Part shown: piece after piece, positions 11,051 through 25,037 of the stretch
How the letters are laid out: each line of letters starts with the position of its first letter
Position numbering within the stretch: position 1 is the first letter of the stretch
DNA from: Zygnema circumcarinatum SAG 698-1b
Taxonomy: Eukaryota > Plantae > Zygnematophyceae
Assembly (NCBI GenBank): GCA_037447605.1
Contig: CM074812.1
Span: 3,286,001 to 3,350,000, forward strand
DNA: 64,000 bases
Reading direction: 5' to 3'
Notes under the pieces: model-generated
What the model saw: only the letters and a program-made list of their open reading frames with translations
Databases searched by the model: none
Told to the model about the DNA's origin: nothing
Translations under genes and position numbers: made by a program

Positions 11051-12142
11051 GGGTGTGCTGACTTGCTGAATTCGATCAAGCTCCTGCCGCTGAGCCTTAG
11101 AGGACTCCGCCTGCCCTACGAGGGCAGCTTGCAAACGCATCACCTGCACTCTCTCTCTCTCCCACCCCTCTCCCTCTGTCAGCACCGCCACATGCGGCGT
11201 ACTTTCACTCCCCCCTTCAGCTTCGGGAGAAGAGAGACTCCAACATGGAGACAGAGACAGTCGATCAGAAAGTTAAAAGTTTGAATGAATCGAACAAAGT
11301 AACCAATTGAAGCTTCACCCTTGTACATATGATTCCTAAAGACAGTTGTGTTAGCATTTTGGTGAAGGTTGCAGGGCGCATATGTGTAGGGTTACGAAGA
11401 TTACGGGCTATAATACTCCATAATCCTCTAGCAAATTATTCGTATGTTTGTATTGAAGGATGGAGTTTATAGCAGAGGGCGCACCTCTTCACACAGCTCT
11501 CCTTTGCGCATCTTTTTGACGTGTTGGGGGGGGGCAGGGTCGAAGGTGCTGTACCTGAAGGGACGGAGGAGGATTGCCTTCGGTCAGAAGGACTCAAAAT
11601 TTCGGCGATTATGAAGGAGAACAAAAGAAACAGGAGAGGGACGGAGAGAGAGAGAGAGAGAGAGAGACAGGGTTTTTAGGGTTTTTAGGATTTTTAGAGA
11701 GGGAGAGAGGGAGACGCAAGGGAGGGAGAGAGAGGGAGAGAGAGGAAGAGAGAGCGGGAGAGAGAGGGTTTTTCGGGTTTTTAGAGAGGGAGAGTGGGAG
11801 AGAGGGAGAGAGAGGAAGGGAGAGAGAGAGAGAGGGGGGGAGAGAGAGAGAGAGGGGGGGGTGGGGGGGGGGGGGGGNNNNNNNNNNGGGGAGGACGAAA
11901 ATAGGAAAATAACAGGAGGCGGCAATAGGGAGGGACGACAGGGACGAAGGAGAGAGCGAAAAGAGGAGGAATGCGGTAATGGCAATGAGAGGCAGAGGGA
12001 AATTGAGAGCGGAGTTAAGGACAGTTAGGGAAGGGGAACAAAGTCGCGGCATGTCTGACCCAGGAAAGAGGGAGCTGTTGACAGCTCGCCGCTCATCTCG
12101 AGCCTCCTCGTCCATCGACCACCACCCCGCCAGCCTGCCACC

Positions 12143-12197
<55 letters not shown>

Positions 12198-13481
12198 CGT
12201 GCGTGTGAGCGAAAAAGAGAGCCAGGAAGCTAGAGCAGAGGACAAAAGCAAATACCGATGAAAGGGAGGAGAAACTCTATGGCAATTCTGAAAGGAGCGA
12301 AATACACGAACACTTTGTGGTAAATCCTTTCCTTGTCATGAGACTTCATGGCAAGTCTATGGTGAAAAACACACATGAGCAGTTAACGGCACAACCCAAC
12401 ACATGAGTAGTTAACTTAACCTAGCACATGAAGAATTTACGACACAACCCAACACATAAGGAGTGAACGACACAATCCATTACATGAGCAGTAAACGACA
12501 CAACCCAACACATGAGCAGTTACCGACACAACCCAACACATGAACAGTAAACGACACAACCCAACACATGAGCAGTTAACGACACAGCCCAACACACGAG
12601 CAATTTATGACACAACCCAACACATGAACGGTTAACTTCACAACTCAACACATGAGCAGTAAACTAAACCCACCACATGAGCAGTACACTTCACAACCCA
12701 AAACACACGAACAGTTACCGACACAACCCAACACATGAACAACAGTTACCGACACACCCCTTGCACTGTATATGAGCGGGTGAGGGGTGGGCGCACACAC
12801 CTCATCCCCCTTGTGAGGAAGGCGCAGGGGTCCCTCTCCCTCTCCCCCCCATCTTGCCACGCGAGGTGGAGCGCAGCCCCGGCCGCCTGTACGGACGCGG
12901 AGAGGAGGGCGGCGGCCTGCAGGAGGAGGAGGGGCGAAAAGAGCGCCCAGAGGGGCATGGCCCGCGCCCACAGGGGCTCGCCCTGCAAGGGGATAAGGTA
13001 AGGGGTTTAGGGGGTTAGGGAGTTAGGGGGTAGGGGTTAGGGGTTAGGGGTTAGGGGGTTNNNNNNNNNNTAGGGGGTTAGGGGGTTAGGGGGTTAGGGG
13101 GTTAGGGGTTAGGGGGTTAGGGGGTTAGGGGGTTAGGGGTTAGGGGTTAGGGGGTAGGGGGTAGGGGGTAGGGGTTAAGGGGTAGGGTTTAGGGTTTAGG
13201 GATTAGGGGTTAGGGTTTTTGAGGGATGGGGGGTGGAGGGTGAGTTTTAGGGTTTTGGAAGAGGGAGGGTTGAGGGTTTTGTGGGGGATAGAGTCCAGTG
13301 ATGGCAGAAGAGTAAGCTTTCGGGTTTTTGAGGGATGGGGGTGCAGGGAGTTTTCTAGGATTCTTTTAGGGTTTTGGAGAGGTACGGTTTTCAGAAACCA
13401 GTGATGGCAAAAGGCAAAGTGAAGCAGGAGAGAGAGAAGCGAAGAAGAGAAGAGAGAGAGAGAAGAGGAGAGGGGAGAGAG

Positions 13482-13523
<42 letters not shown>

Positions 13524-16446
13524 GAGACAGACAGAGAGAGAGAGAGAGTGACGGAGAGAGAGAGAGAAGGCCCCACCTCGAGCCGCATGCAGAGCAGCAC
13601 TTGGAAGATGACGAGTCCCGCTTTGATGAAGTGGCCACCGACCTCTGCCAGTCCGCATGCAAACTCGGACCCTTCGTCGTCGCTGCTATCCGCCGCTCTC
13701 CCTCTCTCTCCCTCCTCCTCCTCCTCCTCCAAAGGGCTCTCCCTCTCTGTGGGGGCTTCTCCTCCAAGAAGGGGGGCTGCTCGGGGAGGGAGAGGGGGGG
13801 GTCGCACGGGGAGATGGGGGTTCACCCACTTCACGCAGAGAAGGAAGGCGAAAAATTCACCAATGCTGGGAGGAGGGGAACATCGAGAGTGAAGTTAAGG
13901 ATTAGAAGGGGAATGTGTGTTCGTGCGGCCTTTACATGATGTGCTTTTGCAAGAAAATAGGGGTTGGGGGAAAGGGGGGTCTGGGATGGGAGGCAGAACG
14001 TAATGTGGGTTTACATCATATTCACGATGTGGGTTATTTTTGTGCAGTTTGATACGTTTGAATTGATACTGTGCTTACCAAAAGTTCACAAGGAGGTCCC
14101 ACCAGTCCAAAACGTCAACGTGACCTGCATAGTTCAAATACAGCCACCAACTCTATTATTTCATCGGTTGCAAGTCTGGGGATTGAAGATTTGTAGCCGA
14201 CCCATCTAAAAAAAAAACAAAGAAAAACAGTGGAAGATCGATAATGTCCTTGAAATATTACTCTGAAATTCAAATCCCATCGGTGGGCAGCAGCTTACCG
14301 CTGAGCTTTAGAATGGAGAAAACAGTGGCGGCGATGAAGAACACCATCGAGACTGCAACCGCAAAATGCTGCGCACAACACATGAGGCATGAGGGACAGC
14401 CGCCGTACAACGGAACGGAGAACTAGCACACGAGACTGCCTGTTCTATGTTCTACTATGCACTCCCTCCAGTACAGCGTTACTCCCCGCAGTTCTGCCCT
14501 TCTATAGCACAAGGAAACCAAGAGAAGGAGCAGCGCACCTACGGCGCTATGACTATACTAAACACTATACTATGACTATACTATGACTATATTATGACTA
14601 TACTATGACTATACTATGACTGCAGCGTACCGGAAGGGTCTCCCACAGCGCTTCGTCGGTCATGTTGTCGTCCTCCCCCGGCATCAGCACCATGCACATT
14701 CTGCACATGCATACATACATACATGCATACATGCATGCATGCATGCAGCAGAGCAGGACAGGACCCCCTTTAGAAGCTGGAAGAGGGAGTTTCAGCTCCT
14801 ATGAAGCCCCATTCCTAGGTAACTTTCCTTGCAGAACTTCGAGACACATGCTCACTTGAAACCACTTGAATGCAGACATTGGGCTGCAAAGCAAATCCGA
14901 ATGTTGAGACAGTCTTGAGAAAGTTATCCTGAAGTTCACCTGAAGTTATCCGCCAACACGAGGGCTTGCAGAAGGACGAGCGGAAGGAACACCACCTCCA
15001 AACTCATGGGGGGGCGCTCATGGCCTGCAGCAATATAGGGAAAAGAGGACCCACTTCATGCAATTTTACTTCTGCTTTGATTTGAATTTTGGAGTGGAAA
15101 GACCGGCCCATGATGTGCAACGTCAAACAATCAGATTCTGCCGACTGCATCGCCAGAATTATGATTAAGATAAGTTTAATCTTGTCGTCCATTTGCGTAT
15201 TACCTCAACCATGAACACCCCTGTCACGCATTCGGTTTTTTATGCCGGAATGGAAAGTTGACTGTGAATGGGCATAGACCCCAACTCGTTCGTTTTTTCG
15301 CATATTGTCATCCTGTGGTTTTACTAACCATGCAAACTGACCGACATGTGAACACGAGCGTTGGGCATGTGGAGATGCCTAAAAACCCCTTAAAACCCTA
15401 AAAACCCTAAAGGCCAGGGTACGACAGAGGGACAGAAAGGACAAGGATGGATGACGTCACCTTCCAGAGCAGCCAGGTAGCAGCAGAGCAGCACCTCAAA
15501 GCAGAGAAGGAGAGGAATAAAAACCACTGCATGACTGGGAGACCACTGCATGCACACATGTGTAGACACAAATAAATAAATATAGCGAAAAAACTACTTA
15601 AAGTTTATGGAAAAGGGAGCAGGCAAGTCTGCATGAGGCAGACACAGAACAGCAACAGCAAGGCAAAGAGCAGTGGGAAATAGTGATAAGCTTGCGACGA
15701 CGAATTTCATTCGCATAGACAACAGTCGCACTGGCTGAATATCTTCAAGGTTTACGATAGGGTTTTTAGTTGGTACAAAATCAAAGATTAAAAGGGGCTA
15801 GAGCTTTATTTACCAAAACCATGGACTACATGAGTATACCTTTCGATTTTCGGTGCCTATGTCTCTGTCATTTTGCTTTTTAAAGTAGTTAATCGGCTAA
15901 CCCTATTGTTACAAGAAGAATGCGCCATGATTTGAACCCTCAGACCCTCCACACAAGTATCGCAAACCTTCTCAGCGTCGCAAAAAGAGGGCCTATTTTC
16001 TAGTTAACCGTTTCGCCCGCCCATTCAGTAGTCACATGCTGTTCTTGAAGTACAGGGTTCAGGGAGGTTTTAGGGGTTGAATTGCAAAAGGGGGTTCTGA
16101 AACGACCTGGCGGTCATGCGGCGTGTTCGGGGCCGGCATGGAACACCTGCATCGCGCCGTTACAGCATGGAAACACCACAAGGGGGAGAAGATCCACCTG
16201 GAGGGAGAGAGGGGGGGGGAGAGAGAGAGACGAGGAACGCGGGTGAGAGGAGGGAGAGAGAGAGAGAATCAGAGAAGAGTGGGACACAGACGAGAGAGAA
16301 ACTAGGGAGAGGCCGACGAAGGCAAGGATAGAGAGGTAGAGAGAGAGGGACAGAGAACGAGAGAGAGTTAGAGGAGGGGAATAGAAGAGGAGCAGAGCGG
16401 TCCAGAAGGGGAAAGCGAAGAGAGGGCGAGCGAGAGAGACAGACAG

Positions 16447-16490
<44 letters not shown>

Positions 16491-16611
16491 CTTACCACCA
16501 GGAGAGGGTCGTCTGCGCGGAGAGTTTGAGCACGAGCGCGGCCGTGAAGAGCAGTAGCAGCGCGTGCGCGGCCGCCGCAACCGCCGCGGCGCGCAGCGCA
16601 CTGCGCGCCAT
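10128..16611 (-). CDS. TMEM185 / Fragile-X-F-associated transmembrane protein with C-terminal RING-HC, 472 aa, 14 exons
   Basis: Exons (-): 16611-16496, 16197-16107, 15545-15461, 15024-14940, 14700-14631, 14368-14299, 14124-14079, 13865-13577, 12982-12801, 12134-12060, 11554-11485, 11143-11063, 10874-10795, 10206-10128. All GT-AG, 1419 nt, open frame. Motifs LSWW.IFSPLW.FHAV, MPGEDDNMTDEALWETLPHF, WWDLLVNF, RLQAALVGQ, EKVLCRVCFE...CPICRRPIQERMAVYDV* match the land-plant family as I recall it. Confidence 0.9.
12380..12755. repeat. About 28-bp degenerate tandem repeat (ACGACACAACCCAACACATGAGCAGTTA) in an intron
   Basis: About a dozen imperfect copies inside intron 9 of the RING gene. Confidence 0.85.
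12999..13215. repeat. Interstitial telomere-like array TTAGGG(G)(G) containing an N gap
   Basis: Continuous TTAGGGG/TTAGGGGG/TTTAGGG units inside intron 8 of the RING gene. Confidence 0.9.
14548..14620. repeat. 11-bp tandem repeat (CTATGACTATA)n
   Basis: About 6 copies in intron 5 of the RING gene. Confidence 0.85.
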
Positions 16612-17685
16612 GCAAAGCCGCTGAAGTTAGGGTTCAGGGCACAGAGGGGGCCAGCGAATCAGCGAGGGCTGCCGCACGCGTGGGCCCGAGGACCCGGCAG
16701 GGAGGGAGGGAAGAAGGAAGGGAGTTAGGGGAGGAGGGAGGGAGGGAGGGAGGGAGGGAAGGAGCGAGCCCTATGACAGAGGCGGCTGGGTGCGCGTAAA
16801 GCACGGGCGGGCCGGCATCGCGCCTGCGCTCGCCCTGCGGCCCCGGAAACCCTAAAATGAGCGCGCTCCGCCGCGGGGGCTTAGAGCGCGGCGGCGGACG
16901 GTGGGACAGGCGCGAGGGGAGGCATGCGGGAGGGAGGCGGTGAGGGCCGGAGAGGGAGGGAGCGCGAGAGGAAGAGAGAGGAGAGGTAGACAGAGGGGCA
17001 AGGAGGGAGAGAGGGGTCGCGAGTGTGGGAGAGAGAGAAAGAGGAGGGGGAGAGGGGCAGAAGGGTGGGCGGGGATGGCTGGCGATCTCTCCGGCGCGGT
17101 CTGTGGGCGGACGGGGCTAGGGAGTGACGGGACGGCTCGCGGACGGACGGACGCGACGGACGCGACGGACACAAGCGGCACCCGTAAGGACGAACGGACG
17201 CGTGACGTGACCGTTTGAGTTCGTCAGTTCGTTCGCGGGCAGCGCGAAAAGTTCGCCCTCGGCCTCAGGGCGTGGCCGGGCGTACGGACATCCGTACGAG
17301 AGGAAGGATTCGATTGGGGTGGCTTTCCGACCAATCGCGTGCGATCACGAGGCATCAGGGCTGACGTGGCACGATCGCTGACGTGATACTGAGGCTGACG
17401 TGGCGCCTCGTCCTTGCGGGGAATGTGGGATACAGTACGCGCAAGGCGGGCAGTGCTGACGTGGCATATCGAATCGCGGCGCCGCCTCGGGCGCGTTGAC
17501 CGGGCGGAGGGCGGAACTGCGGAGGAGCATGGAACGCGTGGTGGTGCAAAAGGGGGGGGGGGGGGCGGTCAAGTTCAACCTTGCGGTGTTCCATAGATGT
17601 AAAGTACGAGGGGCCTAGCCGCCCCTCCCCTCCCCCCCCCTCTCTCTCGTGTCCCCACCCGATCATCCGATCCAGGATTTATGCT

Positions 17686-18605
<920 letters not shown>

Positions 18606-18975
18606 ATCAGCCGTGCCTCACTGCGCTGACGCGCCTGCCACACGGTGTGCGGGCAAGCACTGCAGCAGCGCCGAATCGTCCCCAAGCACAGAGAACCATC
18701 CACAAGGAAGGAGTGATGCATGGGCCATTGCATAGTTATTAATGGTCACTAATGCCCACACACTGCGCGCACATTGCACGTGCACACACGTGTCCTATGC
18801 GCGGTGCTGCCTTGCCCTTATTCCGTCTCAGCCTCCCTCTACATTACCAGGCTCTACAAGCCTATCAAAATGAAGCGACTCTACTGAGAGAAGCAATGAG
18901 CAGCTGATTTGAGCTCCATAGGAACCGGCAGCCTTATGTATGCCTTGCCATGATGACCCATGCATGGCTCTATGG

Positions 18976-21042
18976 CTAGGCGGTGTTGCCGCAGTCGGGA
19001 CATGCATCCATGGATGACTCTCCCGGGGGCTTCCACTCCATACGAGCGTTCCCCCGAGCACATTGGCATGGCAGCATTGTAGCAGAGCTGCCTTCTCCGC
19101 ATCCTTTTTTGCGGGCCTCCCCACGGAGATGCCAAGGGCATGGGAAGGACGGGGAGTTCCATGCTGCTCCCATGTGACCTTCACAGTTTTGACTCGATGA
19201 AAGTTTGGGCTGCGATTTGGCAATGAATGACAGAAGGGAGGAGGAAACGGGAGAGAGCTTCTTCATGATGGTTGACATGGCGGCGTGATCGTGGTTTTGA
19301 GGGGCGAGGGGGAACGCTGCTGCGTTGGAGGAGCTGCTTACAGAACATGGAACGGGGAGTGTTGGGGGGAGAGAGGAAGTCGTCTTCTCTTCCGTACGAG
19401 TAGTGACTTGAAGCACACTGCTTGCCGCCATATTCTCCGTTGCGTCAAAGGAGATGGCCAGGTGAGATGGAGACGAAAGTGGCGGTAAATCCCAGTCGGA
19501 GTCGCAGCTGTGAGAAGGAGAGGGCGGATGAGCAGATGGGCCCGAAGCCTCCCCTGCATGACCCTGCATGGCAAAACGCATCCTTGGCATTACTCTTTTG
19601 CCCATGTTTGTTGGAGGAAGCGAATGGAGGAATGGAGGAATGGAGGAATGGAGATATTGTGGGATAAAGGTTGCAGCGCAGGCTACTTACAGAAATGGAA
19701 GAATTGAGGTTGCTGTTGGAGCCGAGCCATGGCGGTGGCTTGAGGGTGGAGGTGGCGGGTTCACGGGGAGAGGGGTGAAGCTGTTCACTTTGTTTTTCGC
19801 TTTCACCGGTTTGCTCAGATGTGAGCGCTAATTCCTAGACGGAAAGGAAGCGAAAGCCCGAAAACCATGTAGAGAAACCGCACATTGCATTGGTGGCATT
19901 AGTCACATACATATGTCAATAAGTCGCAGCGCACACTCCAAGTTGAACCGCCCTTCATATCTCTCTCCCTTTCTCCCCTCTAACTCAAAAAGGACGAATG
20001 ACTTCCAGCATCACCAAGAAGAGTAATGCGAGTCGTTGCATACCTTGCCCCGAGTCGAGCGGTAGTGGGCGAGGAGCTCCGGATATCTCTTTTTCAGAAC
20101 AGAATTCCAGTGACTCTGCAAAAGAACGCGCTTCATCCCTCCCCCCTAAAAATAAGCCCAAATCCTCAACCCTATTTCCATCATCCTTAGATTAAAGATA
20201 AAAGTTAAAGATGGGGCCCAGAACAAAGGATCGACCTGACAGCATTGGCGGGTCCTTCCCGGAAGGGTCTTCGCGATGGCGGCCCATCGCGGGCCGAGCG
20301 CCGCGAATCCGAGAACGATCCGACGGTCCTCGTCCGCCGTGAAGGGCCCCGTGTTGATCTGCGGTGCAGACAGTGCCACGTATTGTGGAGCTCATGGCGA
20401 TGATCGACAGTGGTCTGGTTGGAAGGTATCAATTCCTTGACGCAAAAAAAAAAGTAAGCAGACAGTGGCACTCCTCTTTAAAAGAGTATCAGATCAGGAC
20501 AGGAAAATAATAACCAGAGAGTGTGAAGACATCCAAATCATTTCATCCTCGGAGAATGGCCGTGCACTGACACCATTACTGTTTAGTTCTCGATCAGCAC
20601 ATGGAAATGATTCCTTGTCGGATAGCATATCAGAAGGAGGGGGGGAATACGAACTTAGGAGAGGAACGAGGAGCAGATTCTGGGGAGGGGAGAGAGGGAG
20701 AGAGAGAGAGAGAACGAGAGAGAGAGAAGGGGGAAAGGGAACGCAGAGAGAAGGGGCGATAAGCCATTCTGAGAGACGAAGGGAAGGGAGACGAGGGAAA
20801 CCGAGAGGAGGACACAAGGAAAGAGCAGGGGGCAGTGAAAAAAAATTCCTACACTAAGAGAAAGAAAATCTCGATAATGGGGGGGGGAAGGAGGAGAGTC
20901 TGAGTGTGGGTATTTTTGAGAATTGGAGAGAAAAGAGAATAACGAGACAGATGTGTGAAGGTAATAGGACAGCAGAAGGTAACAGCATGCACGGGGATGA
21001 TGAGAGGTGCGATGAATGGGGAAGCGGAGCAGAGGGAGGGAG

Positions 21043-21080
<38 letters not shown>

Positions 21081-21321
21081 GAGAGGGAGGGGAGGGGAGG
21101 GGAGGGGGAGGGGGAGGTACCTCCGGCGCGAGGTGGTTGCGCCAGCGTAGGCGGCAGCTCTTCCCCGTGCGCCCTCCCAGAGCGCGTGCCACGTGGGCCC
21201 AATTGCACGCGCCCGTGGCCGCCACGTGGCGCCGCAGCGCCGCGTCCTCCTCGGCGGTCCACCCGCCCTTCGCCGCCGCGCGCTCGCCCTCCCTCCGCCG
21301 CTGCGGCCCCCCTCCCTCCAT
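18976..21321 (-). CDS. R2R3-MYB transcription factor with a locally scrambled R3 helix
   Basis: Exons 21321-21121 (KGGWTAEED...NWAHVA...GRTGKSCRLRWRNHLAPE), 20358-20236 (INTGPFTADED...GPRWAAIAKTLPGRTRQCCQ), 20115-20044 (SHWNSVLKKRY). Probable further exons near 19850-19690 and 19560-18976; the 3' end is uncertain. Confidence 0.85.
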
Positions 21322-22036
21322 GGCCCCTCTCGCCGATCTATTTTAAACTGCACCGAATTGGTACGGGGAGGGGAAACAGCCGACAGGGGTAGGGGAGAGG
21401 GTGGGAGAGAGGGATTGGTAGAGGGCGAAGGAGAGTGGGAAGGAGAGAGAGGATGACGAGAGGTGGGAGAGTGAGTGAGGGAGAGAGAGGGCGCGAGAGA
21501 GGGAGGGAGAAATTGGGAGGAAGAGGGAATAATAGAGGGAGGGAGAGAGGGCGGAAGAGAGGGGGGGAGAGAGGGGGAGAGAGAGAAGGGGAGGGAGAGA
21601 GAGGGGGAGGGACAGAGTGGGCGAGGCGCTAGGGGGCCTTCGCGCGCCGGCGCGATGGCGCGGGGAAATCGGCGGCGCGTGGGGGCGGGCCCCGCGCTAC
21701 TGCGACTCGTGCTGCCACGTGGCACCACGGACCCGCCAAGGACCGGATGTCGGCGTCGAGCAGCAGATACGCCCGCTGATGCGGTCAAAATCTGCCACGT
21801 GGCGGGATAGGTTGGTGCGATCTTTGTATAATTTCTAACCGCCAATGGAAGCGCGCCAGCTGACCACGCTGACCAGACGCGGCGGGCGGTCAACGCAGCG
21901 GATCTCGGGGCGGGAGATACGCGGAAGCCTCTGGGAAGGGCGGGCGGCAGTAGGCGACACGCCACGTGGCGTCGGTGCGCTCGTCGCGTCACGTGAGCCG
22001 CGGCGCGCAGCGGAAAACAGTGCGCGGGGCGGCAGG

Positions 22037-22430
22037 AGGGGACGGACGGACGGACGGACGAACGGACGGACGGACGGACGGACGGACGGACGGACGGACG
22101 GACGGACGGACGGACGGACGGACGGACGGACGGACGGACGGACGGACGGACGGACGGATGAACGGACTGACGGACGGCCGGACGGACGGACGGACGAGCG
22201 GGCGGATGGGCCGGCGGATGGGCGGGCGGACGGACGGTCGGGCGGACGGGCGGGCGGACGGGCGGGCGGACGGACGGTCGGGCGGACGGGCTGGCGGACG
22301 GGCGGGCGGACGGGCGGGCGGAACGGGCGGGCGGGCGGACGGTCGGGCGGACGGGCGGGCGGACGGGCGGGCGGAACGGGCGGGCGGGCTGACGGGCGGG
22401 CGGGTGGACGGACGGACGGACGGACGGACG
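22037..22430. repeat. (GGAC)n grading into (GGGC/GGAC)n tetranucleotide repeat
   Basis: Direct reading; it generates the spurious RPSV/RTDG ORFs. Confidence 0.95.
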
Positions 22431-23032
22431 CGGGCGAACGGGCCGGAGGCTCGCCGGCTGCGATGGTGCTGGGGCGGGCGGGCGGGCGGGCTCGTCCTGG
22501 TTCCTCGTGTTTGTTCCCGCGTCCATGGCGGTCTGACGAGTCCTCTGCCGTCCGTCCACTTTCCAGTTTCCGTCCGGATGCAAACGACGGCGAGAGCAGG
22601 CGGCGCATGCAACCGACCAACCGACCGACCGACCGACCGATTGACCGAGCGTCGTCCTGAGTTGGCCCACGATTGACCGCAGTGGGCCGCCGCCAGTATG
22701 CTGCGAGCTTGCGAACCGCGACCTCGACCGGCGGTCACCGGCGCCACGCGGCTCTCCCGACGAGGCTGATGACATCGCATGCTCGGTCACAGCCTGGTTA
22801 GCATTTAGTCAGTCTGGTCAACAACTAGTCACTGCCGTATGCCTGCGCAAAACAACTTTTCACAGATCGAACCATTGGATCGTCATTGGACAATCACTGG
22901 AGGGCAATGGTTGGACGTCCAATGGTTGGCAACAATTGCATGTTTGACAACCATTGGATTTTGGAACCCCATCTAATGTTTGTTTAAACATTGAATCCAC
23001 CAATCGCGGCGCGAAGCCAACAAGGGAAACTT

Positions 23033-24012
23033 TCATTGAACTCGCGATGGCGAGGCCATCAAATGTACATGGACAAAGGCAAAATGTGGAACCACGAAGG
23101 ACTGGTCACAAAGGACCGAAACACAATAACACGAAGCTAGGAGTGGAAAACTACGCCTAGGCACAACAACGCAGCCCTAGAAGCAGCCGCGAAGGTCACC
23201 GATATGAGGCATGTCGCGAGGAGGGAGTGGCGGAAGTCCACCAACACGATCACCAACAACTGCAGCACGCCGAAGAAGCGTAGAAGCGAGGCAACGCTGA
23301 AGGGCGACGGAAATACGCTGTCGATAAAAGGTAGCCAAGACGCCGAGGCTCCGTGGCCGTGCATCTCAAGGAGCCGGCTGGGCGCACCGCTAGCTGAAGG
23401 TGTCCAAACGCCGAGGCAAAACAAAAATCTCACGCCTATAGGGAACAAACTCGCTCTACCGCATCACTCTGGCAGGAGTATATGCACGCCTCATAAGGGT
23501 CGATCGCTGAAAGCAACCACGCCATGATGGGTCGCATGACAATAACCGCAACGGGTTGACTCCGGCCAACACAATATCCCCAAAATGCGCCGGGCACCAT
23601 CCATAAGAGCCAAATCGTGGCGAATTCAAGGCCTAATAGCTTTCCGGGCCGTGGGGACACTGTGTGGCTCTATCCCGTCGCATTGTTGTAGTTAGCTTCG
23701 AGCCACCGCAGCAATCGCATCGCGCACAACATTATGAGCCAAAATGCGTTCGCCCCCATGTGCGCATCGAAGAAGATGAACGCCTTGCGCATCAATCGAA
23801 TCACCACAAACACAACGAGGAGAACCCTGCAATGGCGGATGGGGGAGCCTGAGACAAAGTCGCGCTGCAAGCTGAAACTGGCCTGGGGTCAAACGAAGGG
23901 TGGAAAATATCGGGGTAACAGCCAACCAAGCCCCAGCTCCAGGACCCGCACAAGAACGAAGCCGAGCACGCGCAACATCAGAAGGAAGAGCCGCAATAAG
24001 GGTAGAAAACAT
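23033..24012 (-). mobile_element. 5'-truncated CRE-like non-LTR retrotransposon (zinc knuckle, endonuclease region and 3' UTR)
   Basis: ARLRSCAGPGAGAWL...RCVCG...GVHLLRC...AHNVVRD motif; 3' UTR matches 42700-42857 in reverse complement. Confidence 0.85.
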
Positions 24013-25037
24013 CGCGCATGTGCGCGAGCACATGCGCGCGGAAAAAAAATTGCACAGGCCAGACCATTGGATCAACCATTGGATCAACCATTGGATGGAC
24101 GGGTTGACTGGGTCGCGAATCAATGGTTCGCAGCGATTGCGGTGGTCAGGGGCTCGAGCCGGGCGGCTGGCACAGGAACAGGCGCAGGGGCGGCCTGCAC
24201 ATGTGCGTGCATGCGTGTACGGAATGGCTCGAGGGCGGACATGGTCATGATGGCCATGCATGGCCATCCATCCCGCGGTGCTGCATGCATGCATGCTGCT
24301 GACGTGCGCAGAGCGTCAGCCAGAGGTTGGGTGTGGGTCGCATGAAAACGGACCCTTGGACAATGATGATGGCGACGTTGGCATGGATGGATGGGACCGC
24401 CGCATGGGGAAGGGGAAGGACGCGGCTTAGGTCCCTTCCTCTTTTCCCGCCCGCAGCCGGCACAAGCAGGTACCAAGCCCTCCGCTGCAGGCGAGCCGCG
24501 GTGTCGGAGTAATTGTGGATTCAAACTTGCGAATCGGACGGACTACGGTACGGACGACTTTGAAGTCTGACACGCACGCACTCGACTTGGCCTCACCTTA
24601 ATTTTTTCCGAAAACCCTGAAAACCCTAAAAACCCTAAAGCCCTAAAAATCCCAGAAGCCCTAAAATCGTACGTGTGTTCGCACCTGGATTTTCTTAGCC
24701 ATGAAAATTGCCGCATTCTTCGTCCACACGGCGGCGTGACAACCGTCACGCGAGACTTTCGCCGCGCGTCGCGCCCTCCTGCCGCGAACATTCGCGCGCT
24801 CGTTTTCCCGCGCGATCTCCCGCGCCCGCACCCGCTCTCGCACTCCCTCTCGCTCCCTCTCGCTCCCTGCAGAACCTTCCCAATCCAACCCAATTCCCTT
24901 CCCTCCTCCCTCGCCTCCCCTCTCCCTCCCTCGCCCCCCTACCTTCCCTCTGAGAAGCTGAACTCATCATCCGGCGCATAGAACTTTTGGGTTCTCAGAG
25001 AGTCCAACTCGTGAAGCTCGTGAACTGAGATGAAAGA

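Noticed and set aside
20655-22790. 711-aa minus-strand ORF and overlapping RPSV/RTDG ORFs
   Set aside because: Built from GGAC/GGGC and CT repeats; the real MYB exon is in another frame
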